Shown piece by piece: positions 62,745 through 64,000 of a stretch of 64,000 nucleotides of DNA. Position numbers and translations under genes: made by a program. Within the stretch, counting starts at the first letter, position 1. Each line of letters begins with the position of its first letter. The notes below the pieces were generated by a model, which saw only the letters and a list, made by a program, of their open reading frames with translations, searched no databases and had not been told where the DNA came from. The DNA comes from an uncultured cyanobacterium (lineage in GTDB: Bacteria > Cyanobacteriota > Cyanobacteriia > PCC-9006 > JAAUQQ01): the NCBI GenBank assembly GCA_963718615.1, contig OY970368.1, positions 3,072,001 through 3,136,000 on the forward strand, in the 5' to 3' direction.

Positions 62745-62945
62745 ATGAGAAACCAACTCACTCTTGAAATCATCCGCGCCATCCTGCACCATGCCGAAGA
62801 ACACAGCCGCCTCGCCAAAAGCCACTACAATGCTTCCCTGGTCATTGCCTTCCTCTGCGTTCAATTCATTAACAACGCCGGAAAACAACTCCAGTCCGCC
62901 AGCCAGCAACTCAACCAAACCCTGGACAATTTAGACCAAAAATAA
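62745..62945 (+). CDS. Small hypothetical protein
   Basis: 66-aa ORF with GGAG RBS; hydrophobic segment followed by a coiled tail. Confidence 0.35.
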   Translation: MRNQLTLEIIRAILHHAEEHSRLAKSHYNASLVIAFLCVQFINNAGKQLQSASQQLNQTLDNLDQK

Positions 62946-62983
62946 CCCGCCTTCAGCCCCGTGCCTCAGTTCACAATCTCCCC

Positions 62984-63907
62984 CTAATCAAAATACTCAT
63001 CCAGAAAAAACGTCCCTTCCCCATCCAGATTATTCATGCAGAACGGCGCGTTTTTGCCATTCCAAGGCTTCTTTCCATTGGGCTTCGTCACCACAATCTG
63101 CCCATCGCTACCGCCAGCAGCATCGATATAATAGGCCGCCAATGCCTCACATTGCTCATGGGTTAAGGCCGGATTATTCGTATCCGCCTGAATCACCTTG
63201 CCATCAAAGATCTTTTCCTCGCTCAAACGATGGGGAGGCAGATTGGCAATGGTGAGCATCGGCGTATCGGCAGAGAGGAAAGCCGCCGCTGGGATAGCAG
63301 TAGCAGGGGGGGGCGCGACCGCTGAGGCAGAAACAGGTGTTGAGGAAGCAGATGTTGAGGCAGGAGTTGAGTGAGCAGAAGAGGCCATGGGCGCAGGCGC
63401 TTTGGGGGAGAGGCTGAGCAAAATTGCGCCGACGGTGACCACGATCGCCACAAACGCCGCACTACTCTTCCAGGTATAGACAAACCGCCTCGGAACTGTG
63501 GACTTAGGGGCTGCGGACTGGCGCAGAACAATTTGCCCCGTCCAACTGGGGAGGGTCGCCTGGGCACGATAGCCCCGCACCTGAATCGCCCTAATCTGAG
63601 CCAAATTTTGTGCCAAATTGAGATTGTGGCAAAAGCGTTTCATCCAAGCCAACAGCTCAGCCTTCGGTGGGGTCAGACGGCTGCTGAGATCGACCAGCAA
63701 AATCGAGCCCCGGCGCTGGACCCGCACCTGAATGCCTTTGGCTCGGAGGGAGCGGGCCATGAGGGTCGCGATCGCCCGAGGATGGTTAGGCTTAGCCGGT
63801 TTCTTCACCGGTCTTTTCGCCAGTTTCATAGCTGGTTTCACAGCCAGTTTCTTCGCCGATTGCAGGGCCGGTTTCATGGAGGCTCGCCTCGTGGTGGACA
63901 GACTCAT
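62984..63907 (-). CDS. Hypothetical single-pass membrane protein
   Basis: Basic N-terminus, AIATLMARSL..GIQV domain, TM helix, Ala/Ser/Pro linker, C-terminal domain with two Cys. Confidence 0.65.
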   Translation of the reverse strand: MSLSTTRRASMKPALQSAKKLAVKPAMKLAKRPVKKPAKPNHPRAIATLMARSLRAKGIQVRVQRRGSILLVDLSSRLTPPKAELLAWMKRFCHNLNLAQNLAQIRAIQVRGYRAQATLPSWTGQIVLRQSAAPKSTVPRRFVYTWKSSAAFVAIVVTVGAILLSLSPKAPAPMASSAHSTPASTSASSTPVSASAVAPPPATAIPAAAFLSADTPMLTIANLPPHRLSEEKIFDGKVIQADTNNPALTHEQCEALAAYYIDAAGGSDGQIVVTKPNGKKPWNGKNAPFCMNNLDGEGTFFLDEYFD

Positions 63908-64000
63908 CGCGTTGCTTCCCCGAGCTGAATCGAGCTTATTCTGCCATAGGTTATCTCAGCTTGGGATCGGGATAATGCCATTGGGGGGAGGTGTCTGTCA

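Overview
Cyanobacterial chromosomal window (HIP1 GCGATCGC octamers are abundant in the core genes). The first ~43 kb is mostly housekeeping and signalling: a Hik34-like kinase, queE-queC, tRNA-Gly(TCC), hetF, pyrE, tRNA(CAT), a complete pix/tax-type phototaxis operon whose MCP carries insert-Cys cyanobacteriochrome GAF domains, yebC, a CHASE2-Ser/Thr kinase / FecR / outer-membrane barrel / pseudokinase cluster, potD-like and mutS2. Two accessory regions stand out. (1) At 43.3-53.4 kb, between Fic and Uma2 genes, a P-loop ATPase is translationally coupled to a giant NLR-like NACHT protein. Its sensor is 14 near-identical 240-bp TPR-pair repeats that vary at fixed codons and carry four identical +1 frameshifts; these are either an assembly artefact or a silent repeat reservoir. 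(2) At 60.2-62.7 kb there is an integron remnant with no integrase in this window: five phased ~42-bp repeats lead into an attI-like crossover, followed by two gene cassettes with attC sites, the second truncated by an IS3 fragment. All family calls come from motif recognition by eye; no database searches were run.
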